This document shows, in pieces, positions 39,400 to 51,804 of a DNA stretch of 64,000 nt. The position numbers were made by a program, and so were the translations under genes. Each line of letters starts with the position of its first letter. Position 1 is the first letter of the stretch. This stretch comes from the human T2T-CHM13v2.0 reference genome, Homo sapiens. The notes under the pieces were generated by a model that had not been told where the DNA came from, did not search any database, and worked only from the letters and a program-made list of their open reading frames with translations. The stretch lies in assembly GCF_009914755.1 (NCBI RefSeq), contig NC_060942.1; one strand, written 5' to 3'.

Positions 39400-39530
39400 A
39401 AGATTTGTTAAAATGGAGATCTTAGGTGCTACACAGAGATTCTGATTTGATTAATCTGGAGACTTAAGCAGAAGTCTTCATTTTATAAGGTCAACCGAGA
39501 ATTTTGATGCAGGCAAAACTTAGGACTACT
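39400..39530. mobile_element. MER5-type hAT MITE fragment
   Basis: ttgttaaaatggagatcttaggtgctacacagagattctgatttgattaatctgg...attttgatgcagg. Confidence 0.6.
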
Positions 39531-39816
39531 CCTTTAAAAGGCTTTTCTGAAGATACTTAGCACATTTATTCTGATATGATGTATTTCCCAATTTAAATCA
39601 AGAGCGGTGGCTTCTCTCAAAAAAGTGAAGTATGTGGAGTGTAGAGAGAATCAGCTATAGAGAATGGCTTACTTTAAGAAGGGAGGTGTGCATCTTCAGC
39701 CCTAACCTGGTGACATGCTAGGCTCACTCTAGCATTGCTGAAGAGCAGAGTAAAAGGAGTCTATTTAGGGAATCAGTTCCTGGAGAGCTTTAAATGTTGG
39801 GGCCTGTGAATATTGA

Positions 39817-39990
<174 letters not shown>

Positions 39991-40688
39991 TGAAGATGGA
40001 AAAAAGAGGGTGGAGGGTGCCATTCCAGTTTCCATTTGCCTGTAATGCATTCAAAAGAATTCCTCTGTGGTTCCTGGAGCTGATTCTAAAGGGAGGCAGA
40101 TCTCAAAAAACAAAAAGTTGGGAGTGGTGGGGCTGCCCGGGGAGCCATAGGCCAACCAAAACTAAGACCCAGCAGGAGTGCTACTGGGGACATGGATCGT
40201 TGTCATAATAAAGTAAAAACAAGATAATACTCTGTGATACAGATTCAGTAATAGGGAGGGCTAGGGTGAACTGGACCCTGCACCAAGGAAACTCATAAGC
40301 CATCTGTGCATAAGTCTCCTCACTGGCGGAGACAAACAGCCACTTACAGACACAGAACAAACTATAGAGAGACTGCTGTGATATCCACACCTCTGAGTAT
40401 GTGACCAACTTTGAAAGATCTCAGTTTCTCCATTCCCTTTACTCAGGTCCCACTCCAAAAAGAGGTAGACCCAGAGTTGGTCAAGAAATGAAATTGGAGA
40501 CCATGCTCAGAAGGAAAGTCCCTCAGAGCCACAGTTCAAGTCTCTACTAATGGGAAGGTGGGGGAAAAAAGTCAAGACTGTGGATTAAAATGGCTCTGAT
40601 TTAATTTTAATAACAAAGTGACCATGAAGTTTTGGAATCTGCTTCCCAGCGGGAAGGGAGTTGAAACAGAGAAGAGTTGAAAGAAGTA

Positions 40689-40933
40689 CAAGTTGGGTAC
40701 CACTCAAGTGAAAATTCGAAATCTGAAATGCTCCAAAATCTTAAACATTTTGAGTGCCAACACGACACTCAAAGGAGAAGCTCAATGAGGCATTTCAAAT
40801 TTCTGATGTTTGGATTATCAGATTAGGAATGCTCAACCAGTAGGTGTAATACAAATTTTCCAAAATACAAAAAAAATTCAAAATTCTAAACACTTTTGGT
40901 TCCAAGCATTTCGGATGAAGGATATTCAACCGG
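40689..40933. mobile_element. Tigger4a (MER46A/Zombi) MITE
   Basis: ta-caagttgggtacc...gaaatctgaaatgctccaaaatc...gacactcaaagga...ggaatgctcaaccagta...ttccaagcatttcggatgaaggatattcaaccgg. Confidence 0.92.
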
Positions 40934-42882
40934 CATTTGGAAAAACAAAGCCTATTTAGTATTTGAAACTCCACTGAGCTGAGACCCCTCAATATATTGG
41001 TTCATAGCTATTCAGTAGCAGAAGTGCGACTTAAAACTGACCTGAATCCCTCCCTCCAAGTGTCTGGACACTTCCAGGTCTCACTTTCTTCTCAGGCCTG
41101 AGTAATTCCTCTTATACTCATACCCCTTGTGATTTCAAAGAAAAACTGTAACTTCAGCAGGTCCTGAGTGGAACATGACCTTTCTTTTGTTTTCATCCTT
41201 GTTATCTGAGAAAGATCTTGAGCCTAAATTTCAGGAATACAACAGAGTCCATGAATTGGCAAAGTCTTGAAACACCACTGATTGCAACTGATACCAATTT
41301 GGAGCCACGGGATCACCAGATGACTGACCTCGGCCTTTCCAACACAGGCAAGGTTGGGCTGGGACTGGCTGTCCATCAATCTGGCTTTCTTTTCTCCTGC
41401 ACTTCTTGGAGTGCTAAGAGCTGCCTTGCAGGTGGGGAGGAATTGCATTACCATAACTCTCCAATTAGAGAGCCTCTCTGGCAGGGTGATCTGATCCCTT
41501 TCAAGAGCTACTGATGATGGCCAAGTTTTGCCACTGATCTGCATATCCACTTGCTCAGAAGACACAACAAGTAGCAGAAAAGAGATATGGGAAAGGCATT
41601 CTGCTGAATGAATTTGGTACCTAAGGGTTGCTCATAGACCTAGCTCCCAGGTATGGGGAGGATTAGAAATTAGTAAGCAGATTACTGTCCACTTTTACTG
41701 AGAAGACACTAATTCACCCGTTTCTGAAACTGCTTTGACTTAGGGATACTCGGAATCATCTGGGACATTTTTAGTTCAGTTGTTCCTAAGAAACTACCTG
41801 GAAGATCAGTGGGAGGACATCCTAACCCCTAGATAAATAATCGTACTTCTCTATTCATCAGTTTCATAATACATAAAAAGCGAATACTGGTAATGTAGTC
41901 TCCAGTGAAATAACAATAAGATCAGCATTTATTGAAAATTGAATAGATTTCTCTTCCAGTTCCAGGTATTTGATTCTAAAACTTAGATTCTAGTATATCA
42001 TAAACAAGAGTTCATGTATAAATGTCTGAACACCCACATGTCTACACACTTTAATAAATACATACATGCTTTATTACATATTGCTCATTCATCACCTCAT
42101 GTGTTTCAGTGCAATACATGAAATACATATGAAGTGATGAATGAGGAATAACCCTTAATGTATATCACAGTAAGTAACAAATCATCCAAATTCAGATCAA
42201 ATAGTAGAAACTGGTACGTGTAAAGGTCAATGACAACATTTTCTATTTTATTTCGTTAAGTCCAAACATACCTGATGCAATAGTTAATCTAGAATAGTCA
42301 AGAACTTATCAAATCCCTGCCTTTAATAAATGTGTGCTTGAATGATATAAATCTTCCATGAGCCCAGGGTCACTTTGATCCTTTTAGTGGCTCATAAAGC
42401 AGCATGTATCCTCCTGCAGACAAAGGAGGCAGCCGCCAAGTCAGAGGAGAGAGCTGCAGAGGGGTCTTTGAAGGGAAGAAAGGGATTTGGTTGATTCTCA
42501 GATTGCCTCCAATACTGAGACTGCAGTTTTCTTCACTCGGTTTGGAAGAGAAAGACAATGAAAACTGGAAATTTTATAATTTGAACTCATCTTCTAATCC
42601 TTCCCCATTGCTATCTACAGGTTGGGGGTATGACATTTAATGTTCAGTGTGGTGTTCTGATGCAATCAAATTTGTTGAATGGAGCTTAAGTGCCCCCTGA
42701 AAGATCATCAACTTAAGATCAGAAACTGAATGGTCAAAACAAAGGACTGTTGAGGGGAAACACATGGCCTAAGCTATTTGGAAAGTGTTTTAGCAAAAAA
42801 TGGTTTTCTCATTCATTTGCCGGTAACTAATTTGTTTGATAATTTTTTATTTCTAAAACTTGAGGTGGGTACAGTTGGTTTT

Positions 42883-43225
42883 ATACATATATATATATCG
42901 ATATATATATTTATATATATCGATATATATTGATATATATATTTATATATATATTTATATATATTTATATATATATCGATATATATATTTATATATATAT
43001 TTATATATATATTTATATATATTTATATATATATTTATATATATATTTATATATATATTTATATATATATTTATATATATTTATATATATATTTATATAT
43101 ATTTATATATATATTTATATATATTTATATATATATTTATATATATTTATATATATTTATATATATTTATATATATAAATATATATATACACACACACAC
43201 ATACATACATACATACATACATATA
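42883..43225. repeat. (TA)nT AT-rich minisatellite followed by (CA)n/(CATA)n
   Basis: About 300 bp of tatatatt-type units, almost all A/T. Confidence 0.97.
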
Positions 43226-44164
43226 TGAATAAATAGTACTTTTACATTAAGGGCTGGTTCAGAGCTGAGCTGCCAGTTATCTGAGGAGATTGTGACACAG
43301 TCCAGTTAAACAAAGGTCTAAACTGTCACACAGGCTGCTGGGAGCCACACTCTCCTTGCTTACATGTAAATATGAGGTAAACAAGCCATTTTTGCTTTCC
43401 AGAGTCCAGAGGAGGAATGATGAGATAGTGAATTTTAAAAGTCTTTTGGTGTTTTTTAGTAAAGACAGTTTATGAGGCCAGGGCATAAATATTATTGTTC
43501 TTCTTATTCTGATGCCTACTGAGTAACACAGCCTTGCTGAAGGCGTGTTCTCTTAGTAAACTCCGTCTAGAGATTCCACCAAGGGTCTGATAGGTGAAAG
43601 GTCAGACTTTTCATTAGATAACCCCCAAGCAAGGTTGGAAAACATGTTTTTAATAAGATGAGCCTTTTCCAGTCTAAGTTTTCAGTGTGTTGACATAGTT
43701 TCTCATATTGCAATTTCAGAATAAGTGCTTCTGGCAGGGCTGTAGCCAGCAAGTCTCCCTTTACTAATCTGGAAGAGAAACAGTGGTAAGCAGCATATCA
43801 TTGCAAAGGCGGGATTCCTTCAGTCAAGGCAGGGTGAGGTATCTAATGCTTCTGGTGAACCCACTACCAGGCAAGACAAATTTGCTGTTACTAACTTTTC
43901 TAAAACTGAATAAAAGTTGTCATTTATGTTTGTTTCTATCCATTGATTTAACCATAATTTTTAAAAATATAATTATTTCAACAATTAAATGGTTCCTGTC
44001 ACCACTGCCTCATGTAAGAATAACATACAAACATGGAAAGAGACGAAGAGAGAGTCTCTATATGGCATATACCTGGTTACAAAAAGTAATATGCTCATAA
44101 TGCATGTTTCATAAAATATCTAGAAAGGGGGAATTCTATGAATCCATGCATTTCACTGTATGCA

Positions 44165-44450
44165 TTTTAAATTTTTATTGTAAAAATAAATATCCAAATA
44201 AGTGTATAAGATTTATCAATAATCAATGATTTATCACAAAATTAATGTGTTACCACCTCCTAGGTAAAGAAAGCCCTCTCTGACCCCTTCCAACCATTAC
44301 CCTCCTCTTCTAGTAACCACTAGCCTGGTTTAAAAGTAATCATATTAGTATATTTTTTCTAGTATTTTTCCCAAGCATGCATCCCTGAATACTATAATTT
44401 GGGTTCATTTGAGTTTTGAAATTCATGTAACTGAAATTATTCTGTATGCA
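44165..44450 (-). mobile_element. L1ME-type 3' end
   Basis: tttttattgtaaaaataaatat...gatttatcacaaaattaatgtgttaccacctcctagg...gtaaccactagcctgg...gcatgcatccctgaatactataattt. Confidence 0.7.
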
Positions 44451-44459
44451 TGGAAGGCC

Positions 44460-44636
44460 TGTATAAGTTCCCTTAGCCACTCTGTCTTCAGTTCTTCCAG
44501 AAGCCAAAGGGATACAATATAGCTCAAAATTTCAGGCATACCAAAATAGGTGTTTGCCATAAATCACATTGTTAGCATCAACAACATGGTGTAGCCTGAA
44601 GTCTCACATATACAAAACACTGTTATCACACAGGTG
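44460..44636 (-). mobile_element. MER77/MER68-like LTR fragment
   Basis: ccataaatcacattgttagcatcaacaacatggtgtagcctgaagtctcacatatacaaaacactgttatcacacagg. Confidence 0.55.
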
Positions 44637-45200
44637 GGGGTAAACGGAGTTAAATCTAAGGTCTTTGCACTTTCTGGGAAAATGGTAAATTAAAAAATTA
44701 AAGATCTGGATAATTTCACTCCACAGATCCCTGAAACACCATTGCAATGAGAAAGACAGATACTTTGGTATTGTTTAGGCAGGTTGTGGCCAGGAGGCAT
44801 TCTTACTTCAGTAGGGTGGTCTGTGAAAAATGGAGAGGGGGGGCAGAAAGAGTACTGGTAGATCCTATTTCTGTAATCCAGGCAAGCCAATCCTTCCAGT
44901 TGGCTCGTATTTTGGGTTTGGAATTCTGACTTCTGGGTAAAAATATCAAGACAAAGTCCATATGTGTTCTTGCAGTGTGTATCTGTGTGGGAGTGTTGGA
45001 GCAAAGAGCATGAAGGGGGTGGGGGTTAAGAGATATACATGGCTGCTGTCCAGCTGATGAGGACACCCAGAGGTCATCCTCTGAATCTATGAGCAAGGAT
45101 AAAAGGAGTTGACAAAGAACTCAACAGAATTTTCAGCCCTATGCACCTAAATCATTGCTTCCTGCTGGAAGTTGTAGAATGTCAGGATAAACATTATGAA

Positions 45201-45304
45201 GTAAATATTTCGCACAATGGGGAGGGAATTAGCTGTGTGCAATTCCCATTAATGCTAATGAGACTTTGGTGGTTAATTTCCCATGTCTTGTGCTGAATAT
45301 TTGC
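45201..45304. mobile_element. Ancient palindromic element (MER135/Eulor-type, tentative)
   Basis: Nested inverted arms aaatatttcgcacaa/ttgtgctgaatattt, gggaattagc/gttaatttccc and core tcccatta-atgc-taatgaga. The family name is from memory only. Confidence 0.55.
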
Positions 45305-47019
45305 CCCAATTAGTTATGTCAAGCTTGTGCCACACTCCAACCAAGTTTTCACTTTTGGGGAGGGGTGCCAAGGGGAGTGGGTAATTGTCCTCATCATTTC
45401 TTTTAAGTTCAGATGGTGAAGTCAAGGCAGGAGTCATCTAATCATATTGTTTGCTTCTTCGGATGAAAACCCTCTGAGAAGCTAGCATTTTGCCAAAACT
45501 TGCAAAATGCATAACCCCTTGGAAATCATTGTTTTCATTAGTAAGCTACCTGCTGGGGCATTCTCTTATAGGAGACGGGTTTATTTTAGTTTATTTATTT
45601 TACTCCATAGAATAATTTCATCTCTATTCTCATTAGACCTACAGTTTGGTTTAACATCCCTATTACTTCCATGATGATGCTCCAGATAATAGGAAATTAG
45701 AGAAGATGTAGGAGTGATTTTTACAAAAGTACAATCAGATGGATCAGTCCATAATAAGCTTTTATTCTGTGTACAAAATCGGGTTTTCTTTTTTGTTCCA
45801 AATAAATGTGTGTATCCCTCATTTAAGGTACCTCTCTCACACCTGCCTTCTATACTACATATATTTCTCATATTTTACCTACTGAAGTGTAAACTCCTGA
45901 AGAGTTGGAAGTGTTTTATGTGCCTTCGCTTCCCCTACTAATATCAAGCAAAGCATTAGACACTTAGTTTATATTTACTAATGAATGAAAATATATACAT
46001 ACATAACAGATATAAGTATGGAGTAATATCAGATAGTGTCAAACATCCAGTAGAAATTCTCTTTAAATCAAATCTTAGAGTATATGTAGCCACATTATAT
46101 ACATTTTCACAATTCCAAAAAATATGTTCTTATGAAATTTGACCTAGGAGTAATTTGTTAAAAAGGAAATAAGAGTGTGTTTGAAATAAAAATCGGAGTC
46201 AGAAATGAGGGTGGAAAGAAGAGACATTTTTGCAGTAAGCTTTTAGGAAAGATATATGGAAATGAGGAGAAATTGAATTCAACTTTTAAGCTGGATTCAG
46301 ATGGCTTTTGTGGAGTGAGGAGAGGCCAGCTTATCTATATGCTACAATGGCACAATGCCACAACGGCAGGTCTTCTGTAACAAAGAGAGTGAGGACTATA
46401 TAGCTCTGGGTTTTGAGGAAAGGAGTTGATGAATGTAAACTCAAAGAGGCTGCCTTGAGGTTTTTATATATCAAACCTCCCTGTTAACCCTCATAGTTCT
46501 TCTGTGGGAAGGAAGTAGGACTTGGTAGACATAAGAGAAAAACTTCTGGTCAAGAATCAGAAAGGAACTTTTAAATTTTAATTAAAAAACATATGCAGGC
46601 AGAAAACTACAAACGATTCCTCTTTATGCGTATTATCTGTAACAAAACAAAACACTCTTTAAGTGTTCCATTGAAACCTGAGAAAAGTAAATCCCAAAAC
46701 AATATTAATGAGTAAAAGAAAATAAAACTAATAGTACAGTATCTCATCTTATAAATGTAAGCTATTTAAAATGTTATGAATGCAGTCTTTAGTCTTCACT
46801 CAGTAGATGCTCAATATATATGGACTGAATAAATGAATAGATTGTCCCAAAGCATTACCACCCCTACACTGGTCTTGGAAGATATTAGATTTTCTGTCCT
46901 TCAACAGTAGGTTAAGAAAAGTACTCTTCCTAAGCAGCAACTTCTAACCACCAGGAAAGAAGTACATCCATGTCCTAGCCATCGGACTTTCCTTTTCATA
47001 TCATTGTGCATAAAATAAT

Positions 47020-47225
47020 CTCAATGTTTCCTGTGTGCCAAGCAATACTGTAAACATGTGTATTCACTCATTTAATCCTCCCAATCACCCTATGATGCTA
47101 ATATTAATATTACCATTATTTTACTATTGTAGAAAATAAGGCATAGAGAGTCTTGATAACATCCCCAATGTCACTAGTCATTAAAAGGATCAGGATTTGA
47201 ACCCCAGAAGCCTGGTTCCACACCT
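47020..47225 (-). mobile_element. MIR SINE
   Basis: tgtttcctgtgtgccaagca...ctcatttaatcctcccaatcaccctatga...aggcatagagag...caggatttgaacccca. Confidence 0.85.
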
Positions 47226-47233
47226 TGCTTGCG

Positions 47234-47485
47234 TTCTTTCCCTTTTATTCTTTCTTTTGTTTTTCTTTACTTTTCCTTCTTTTTTTTCCACAAGAAAACA
47301 TCTGTAATTTCTTTTTTCCTTCCCTTCCTTCCTTCTTTTCCTTCCTTCCTTTTCTTCTTCCCTACATCCCTCCTTGTCTCTCTTTCTCTCTTTTTCTTTC
47401 TTTCCTCTTTCCCTTCCTTCCTTCCTTCCTTCTTTCTTTCTTTTTTCTTTCTTTCTTGTTTTCCTTCCTTCCTTCCTTTCTTTTT

Positions 47486-47545
<60 letters not shown>

Positions 47546-47560
47546 TCATCTCTTTCTTTC
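47234..47560. repeat. (TTTC)n/(TTCC)n polypyrimidine tract
   Basis: About 330-bp pyrimidine tract ending in a pure (CTTT)n run, at the position of the adjacent L1 poly(A) tail. Confidence 0.95.
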
Positions 47561-47588
47561 TAACTTCATTGAGATGTAATTCACACAC

Positions 47589-48320
47589 TGCTCTGGGCTT
47601 CATTGTGCCTTCCTCCCAAATTCATGTGTTGAAGTTCTAACCCCTAGTACCTTAGAATGTGAGCATATTTGGAGATAAGATATTTGCTGAGGTGATTAAG
47701 TTAAAACTTAGGTCATTAGGGACAGCCAAAATTCAATATGACTAGTGTCTTTATAAAAAGAAGAGATGCCAGGCGTGGTGGTTCACACCTGTAATCCCAG
47801 CACTTTGAGAGGCCAAGGTGGGCGGATCACTATGTCAGGAGATCGAGACCATCCTGGCTAACATGGTGAAACCCAGTCTCTACTAAAAATACAAAAAATT
47901 AGCTGGGCGTGGTGGCACCCACATGTAGCCCCAGCTACTCAGGAGGCTGAGGCAGGAGAATCGCTTGAACTCGGGAGGCAGAGGTTGCAGTGAGCTGAGT
48001 TCACACCACTGCACTCCAGCCTGGGTGGCAGAGCAAGACTCCATCTAAAAAAAAAAAAAAAAAAGAAGAAGAAGAAGTGATTTGGACACACATAACTACA
48101 GAGGAAAGAGGATGTGAAGATACTGGAATAATATATCCATCTACAAGGCAAGGAGAGAAGCCTGGAACAGATCCTTTCCTCATAGCCTCAGAAGGAACCA
48201 ACCCTGTTGACACTTTGATTTTGGACTTCCAGCCTCCAGAACTGTGAGAAAATTAATTTCTGTTGTTTAAGCCATTCATTCTGCATCATTTTATTAAAGC
48301 AGCCTTAACAAACTAGTACA
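47589..48320 (+). mobile_element. MLT1B MaLR solo LTR (split by an Alu)
   Basis: tg...aaattcatgtgttgaagttctaacccctagtaccttagaatgtga...cctcagaaggaaccaaccctgttgacactttgattttggacttccagcctccagaactgtgagaaaa...aaactagtaca; 5-bp TSD cacac/catac. Confidence 0.92.
47768..48070 (+). mobile_element. AluS (Sc8-like), full length
   Basis: ggagatcgagaccatcctggctaacatggtg...gagaatcgcttgaac...gaggttgcagtgagc; A tail; TSD aagaagagat/aagaagtgat. Confidence 0.96.
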
Positions 48321-48845
48321 CATACCATACACTTTACCTACTTAACTTTGCCTATTTAACATGGACAATAAAGTGGTTTTTAGTATATTCACAAAGTTCT
48401 GCAACCAACACCACAATCAATTTTAAAACATACGTCACCTCCTGAAAACTCCATACTCATTGGCTGAGGTTCCCCACACCCTGCCCCTGGCAATCGCCAG
48501 TCTACTTTCTATCTCTGTAGATTTGACTATTCTAGACATTTCATAAAAATTAAATTATATAACATGTGGCCTTTTGTGTGTGGCTTCTTTGACTTAAAGT
48601 CCACTTACTCGACCCCATCTTACTATGCTATATTATTTTACCATCTTACCTCTTTATTCGTGTTTTAATCAATATATAATAATCTAACAATTACTCCTAA
48701 TTCATATACATTCTTGATAGCACTCTGAAACAATAAATTTTAAGATAAATTACTGAAACATATAACTACATGGAAGAATGATGGTGAACTACAGTGAAAA
48801 AAATGCATTAAAAAGTAAAAATGCATTATAAAAAGGAATTAATCT

Positions 48846-49131
48846 AGTCAGGCGCAGTGGCCCATGCCTGTAATCCTAGCATTTTTGGAGGCCGAGGCAG
48901 GCAGATCACTTCAGGTCAGGAGTTCGAGATCAGCCTGACCAATATGGCGAAACCCCATCTCTACTAAAAATACAAAAATTAGCTGGGCGTGGTAGTGGGT
49001 GCCTATAATCCCAGATACTCTGGAGGTTGAGGCAGGAGAATTGCTTGAACCCAGGACGCAGATGTTGCAGTGAGCCAAGATCATGCCACTGTACTACATT
49101 CTGGGCAACAGAGCAAGACTCCATCTTAAAA
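48846..49131 (+). mobile_element. AluSx/Sz with a very short tail
   Basis: Full dimer; TSD aaaa(g/a)gaattaatctag on both sides; only about 5 A residues remain as tail. Confidence 0.95.
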
Positions 49132-50989
49132 AGAATTAATCTAGATGATATTGTTGCTTTTTCCTATGAATTATATAAATAGTTCTGTCTGCATTTCTGG
49201 GGCCTTTAAATGCCTCCAAAGCATTTGTCCATGCCCCACTTTCTGTTCAACATATATCAATGATGTAAACAAAAAAAGAGAGACATTTCAACCCACCATT
49301 TTAAAAAGTCTTTCCAAGAGCCGCCTGGAAAAGAAAAACAAATGAAAGACCTCATTTATAGGTCCTCAGGATTACCTTGGGTAACTCTACCACTGCAACA
49401 CTTCTATCCTCCAAAATCTAGCACTTAAAGATTAATAAGCATCATAGCATAGAGGAAGTAAAGTAAGGCATTAGCTCTGTGGGTGTTTCTGGACTGGATA
49501 TGAGGCAGAAGGAAATGAATGGCACCCTGATTCTCAACATTGGTTTCCATCCCATTGAATCCGCCTTGCATGAAGGAGCATTCAAATGTGATGATGCTCC
49601 CAGGAAGAGCTTTGGTTGCTCATTGGATAAGCATGTTTCTGGAAATATGAGATGAATTACAGTGCACCTTGCCGGGGACATGGAACCAGAATTGAAAGGG
49701 CTTCTGTAGTATCACGGATCCACCTGGGAACTAAGGTCCATTCACCCTGCAATGTAGCAGAGATAGACAGGAGAATTTTAAAAATTCATTTCAAAAGGGT
49801 AAGTAAAAGATTCCGGATGTGTGGAAAAGAGAGACACAGATGCCCAGGTAATTTAGAGAACTCAGCCATATTGCTTTGATTCAAACTTTCCCTTTTTTTT
49901 TAAATACATAAATGCAAGTTTAAAAATGTGTATTGGGACCAAGCCCCCCACCCAGTCCCCACTATATACCTAGATCTGGGCTAGGTACTCAGTGAGTGTT
50001 TACCACAGCAAGGAGACAGCAATGGAGCATACATACCCTAAGACAGGGCTCTTGTCCTATGCAGATCACCATCTACTTGAAGCTGCAACTGCACACAAAT
50101 TAATCAATGCACAAAACAGAGGGTGCATGAACCAGAAATAAATTAAACAGTTCAGATTGTACTGTTAAAGGACTTCTTGCCTTTGTCTTTATTTATTATT
50201 GCCTTTAATTCTCTTCCAAACATAGATTGTAATATTCTCCTAAATATATGCCTGTTTCAAAATTATTTTCCTTAGATTATAAACAAATAAGTTTACAGGG
50301 TCAAGTTTTTATTTTATTCATGTTTAAATTTTAGAATCACCTCATCTGAGTGTGATTCAACTGGAACCAGATTTAAAAAACTCCATTAGGAGACTGGGTT
50401 TGGTCACCATGGGTGAAGCATGCCACCAGAGTGTTCTCATCTGATCTAGGTACATAATAAAGTCATGGGCATTGAATCCCATTAGCAAAAGTGTAGGAGA
50501 GAAAAAGAAATCTAGAACACAAGATACAAAGTAAGGAACCATTGCTATTGTCATCATACAGCCTCACATAGTTTATGTCCCAGAGCTTACAGGGGATAGA
50601 TTTTGCCATCCTCATATCATAGAAAGAATTTCAGAGCCCCACCCTCCAGAATTAGTATTAACTTTTCTAGTCCTCACTCTCAGGAAATGGCGTAACCACT
50701 TAAGCAGCCAAATCTCTATTGGACATTTATTATATAACCCTGTCCCATGTCAGGAACCAGGCCAGAGACAAGTTGAGAAAACACTGTCCAAGAACTTGAG
50801 GACGATGTAGAAAACACCAACATATTCAATATAAATAGATAATAATTACATCAAAAGAGCAAGCCAGAAAAGGAATGGAACCTTATAAGCTGGGCAGTGG
50901 GTAAGGGAAGGCTACAGAGAGAAGGCAGATGAAATTTGACACTGACATTTGAAATGGTCAGGAGTCTTTCAGTCAACCAACAAAACCAG

Positions 50990-51480
50990 GAATTTATTGG
51001 TTGATGAAAACTCCAGGTATAGTGCTGATTTTAAGCATGCCTCAGTCCAAATGCTCAAATAATGTTTTTCTCATTTTGTGTCACACTGTCTCCCACCTGG
51101 TCTCAGCACTCCTTTCCTGGGAGTTTATTTTCTTTCTCAGGCAACTCTTTTCACAGAAGAAAGAGGGCCACTTCCAGCTTCTGGTTTCTATCAGTCCTCA
51201 CTATTTGGTATCCCAGCGGCAAAGCATTTTTCCTCTCTGGTTTCTGTCTGTCTAATGGAATCTCCGTAGGACACCTATTGGCTCTGCATGGCTGGGAACT
51301 CACCTTGTAGGCAGAGTACCATGGACAGAGTTGCCACAAGTATCAAATGCCCATCCCTGAGGCCAGGAGTGGTGAGGTAATATGAGTGACAGTCCTCTCA
51401 TAATCCATGAGATGGGGAAGGGCAATCACCTAATAGAAATGAGAGTAGGTAGGTAGACATGAGCAATGGCTGTCCATGCA
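50990..51480 (-). mobile_element. MLT1K-like MaLR LTR
   Basis: ttctcaggcaactct...cccagcggcaaag...ctattggctc...tgcccatccctgaggccagg...tggggaagggcaatcacc...tgtccatgca. Confidence 0.6.
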
Positions 51481-51718
51481 TCTTCAACAACTGAAAAATA
51501 ATGTCTAGGCAGAGAGAAGAGGTGGAAAGCTATAAAAGTGTATTGATAATATATGAATTAAGTTTTATAGAAGGAAATTAGCATGGTACCTGCGTTTGGA
51601 GAGGAAAGGAGGATGTGGTATAGTATGTGCAGAATATATTGATTACAAAAGAAAATCTAAGCATGGATATCATAACATTTCTTCTTTCTCCCACTTTCCA
51701 CTTCTCCTCTCTTTACAG

Positions 51719-51804
51719 GGTAAACCAAGCAACTGTTTGTGGAATGCCCGATGAGAACAAAAACTAATCTAGTTGATCTGATATAAGATGCGATGCCAAA
51801 CTTT
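51719..51804 (+). other. Candidate non-coding exon (86 nt)
   Basis: About 38-nt polypyrimidine tract then ttacag| acceptor; donor ttt|gtgagt; stops in all three frames. Confidence 0.3.

Larger units (their letters stand above)
47561..48598 (-). mobile_element. L1MB 3' end split by MLT1B (pieces 47561-47588 and 48321-48598)
   Basis: taacttcattgagatgtaattcacacac | cataccat...gtggtttttagtatattcacaaagttctgcaacc...cccctggcaatcgccagtctactttctatctctgtagatttgactattctagacatttcat. Confidence 0.88.

Noticed and set aside
42860-43228. Y/I-rich ORFs
   Set aside because: Translation of the TA minisatellite
47190-47640. K/E/R-rich and F/L/S-rich ORFs
   Set aside because: Translation of the TTTC tract
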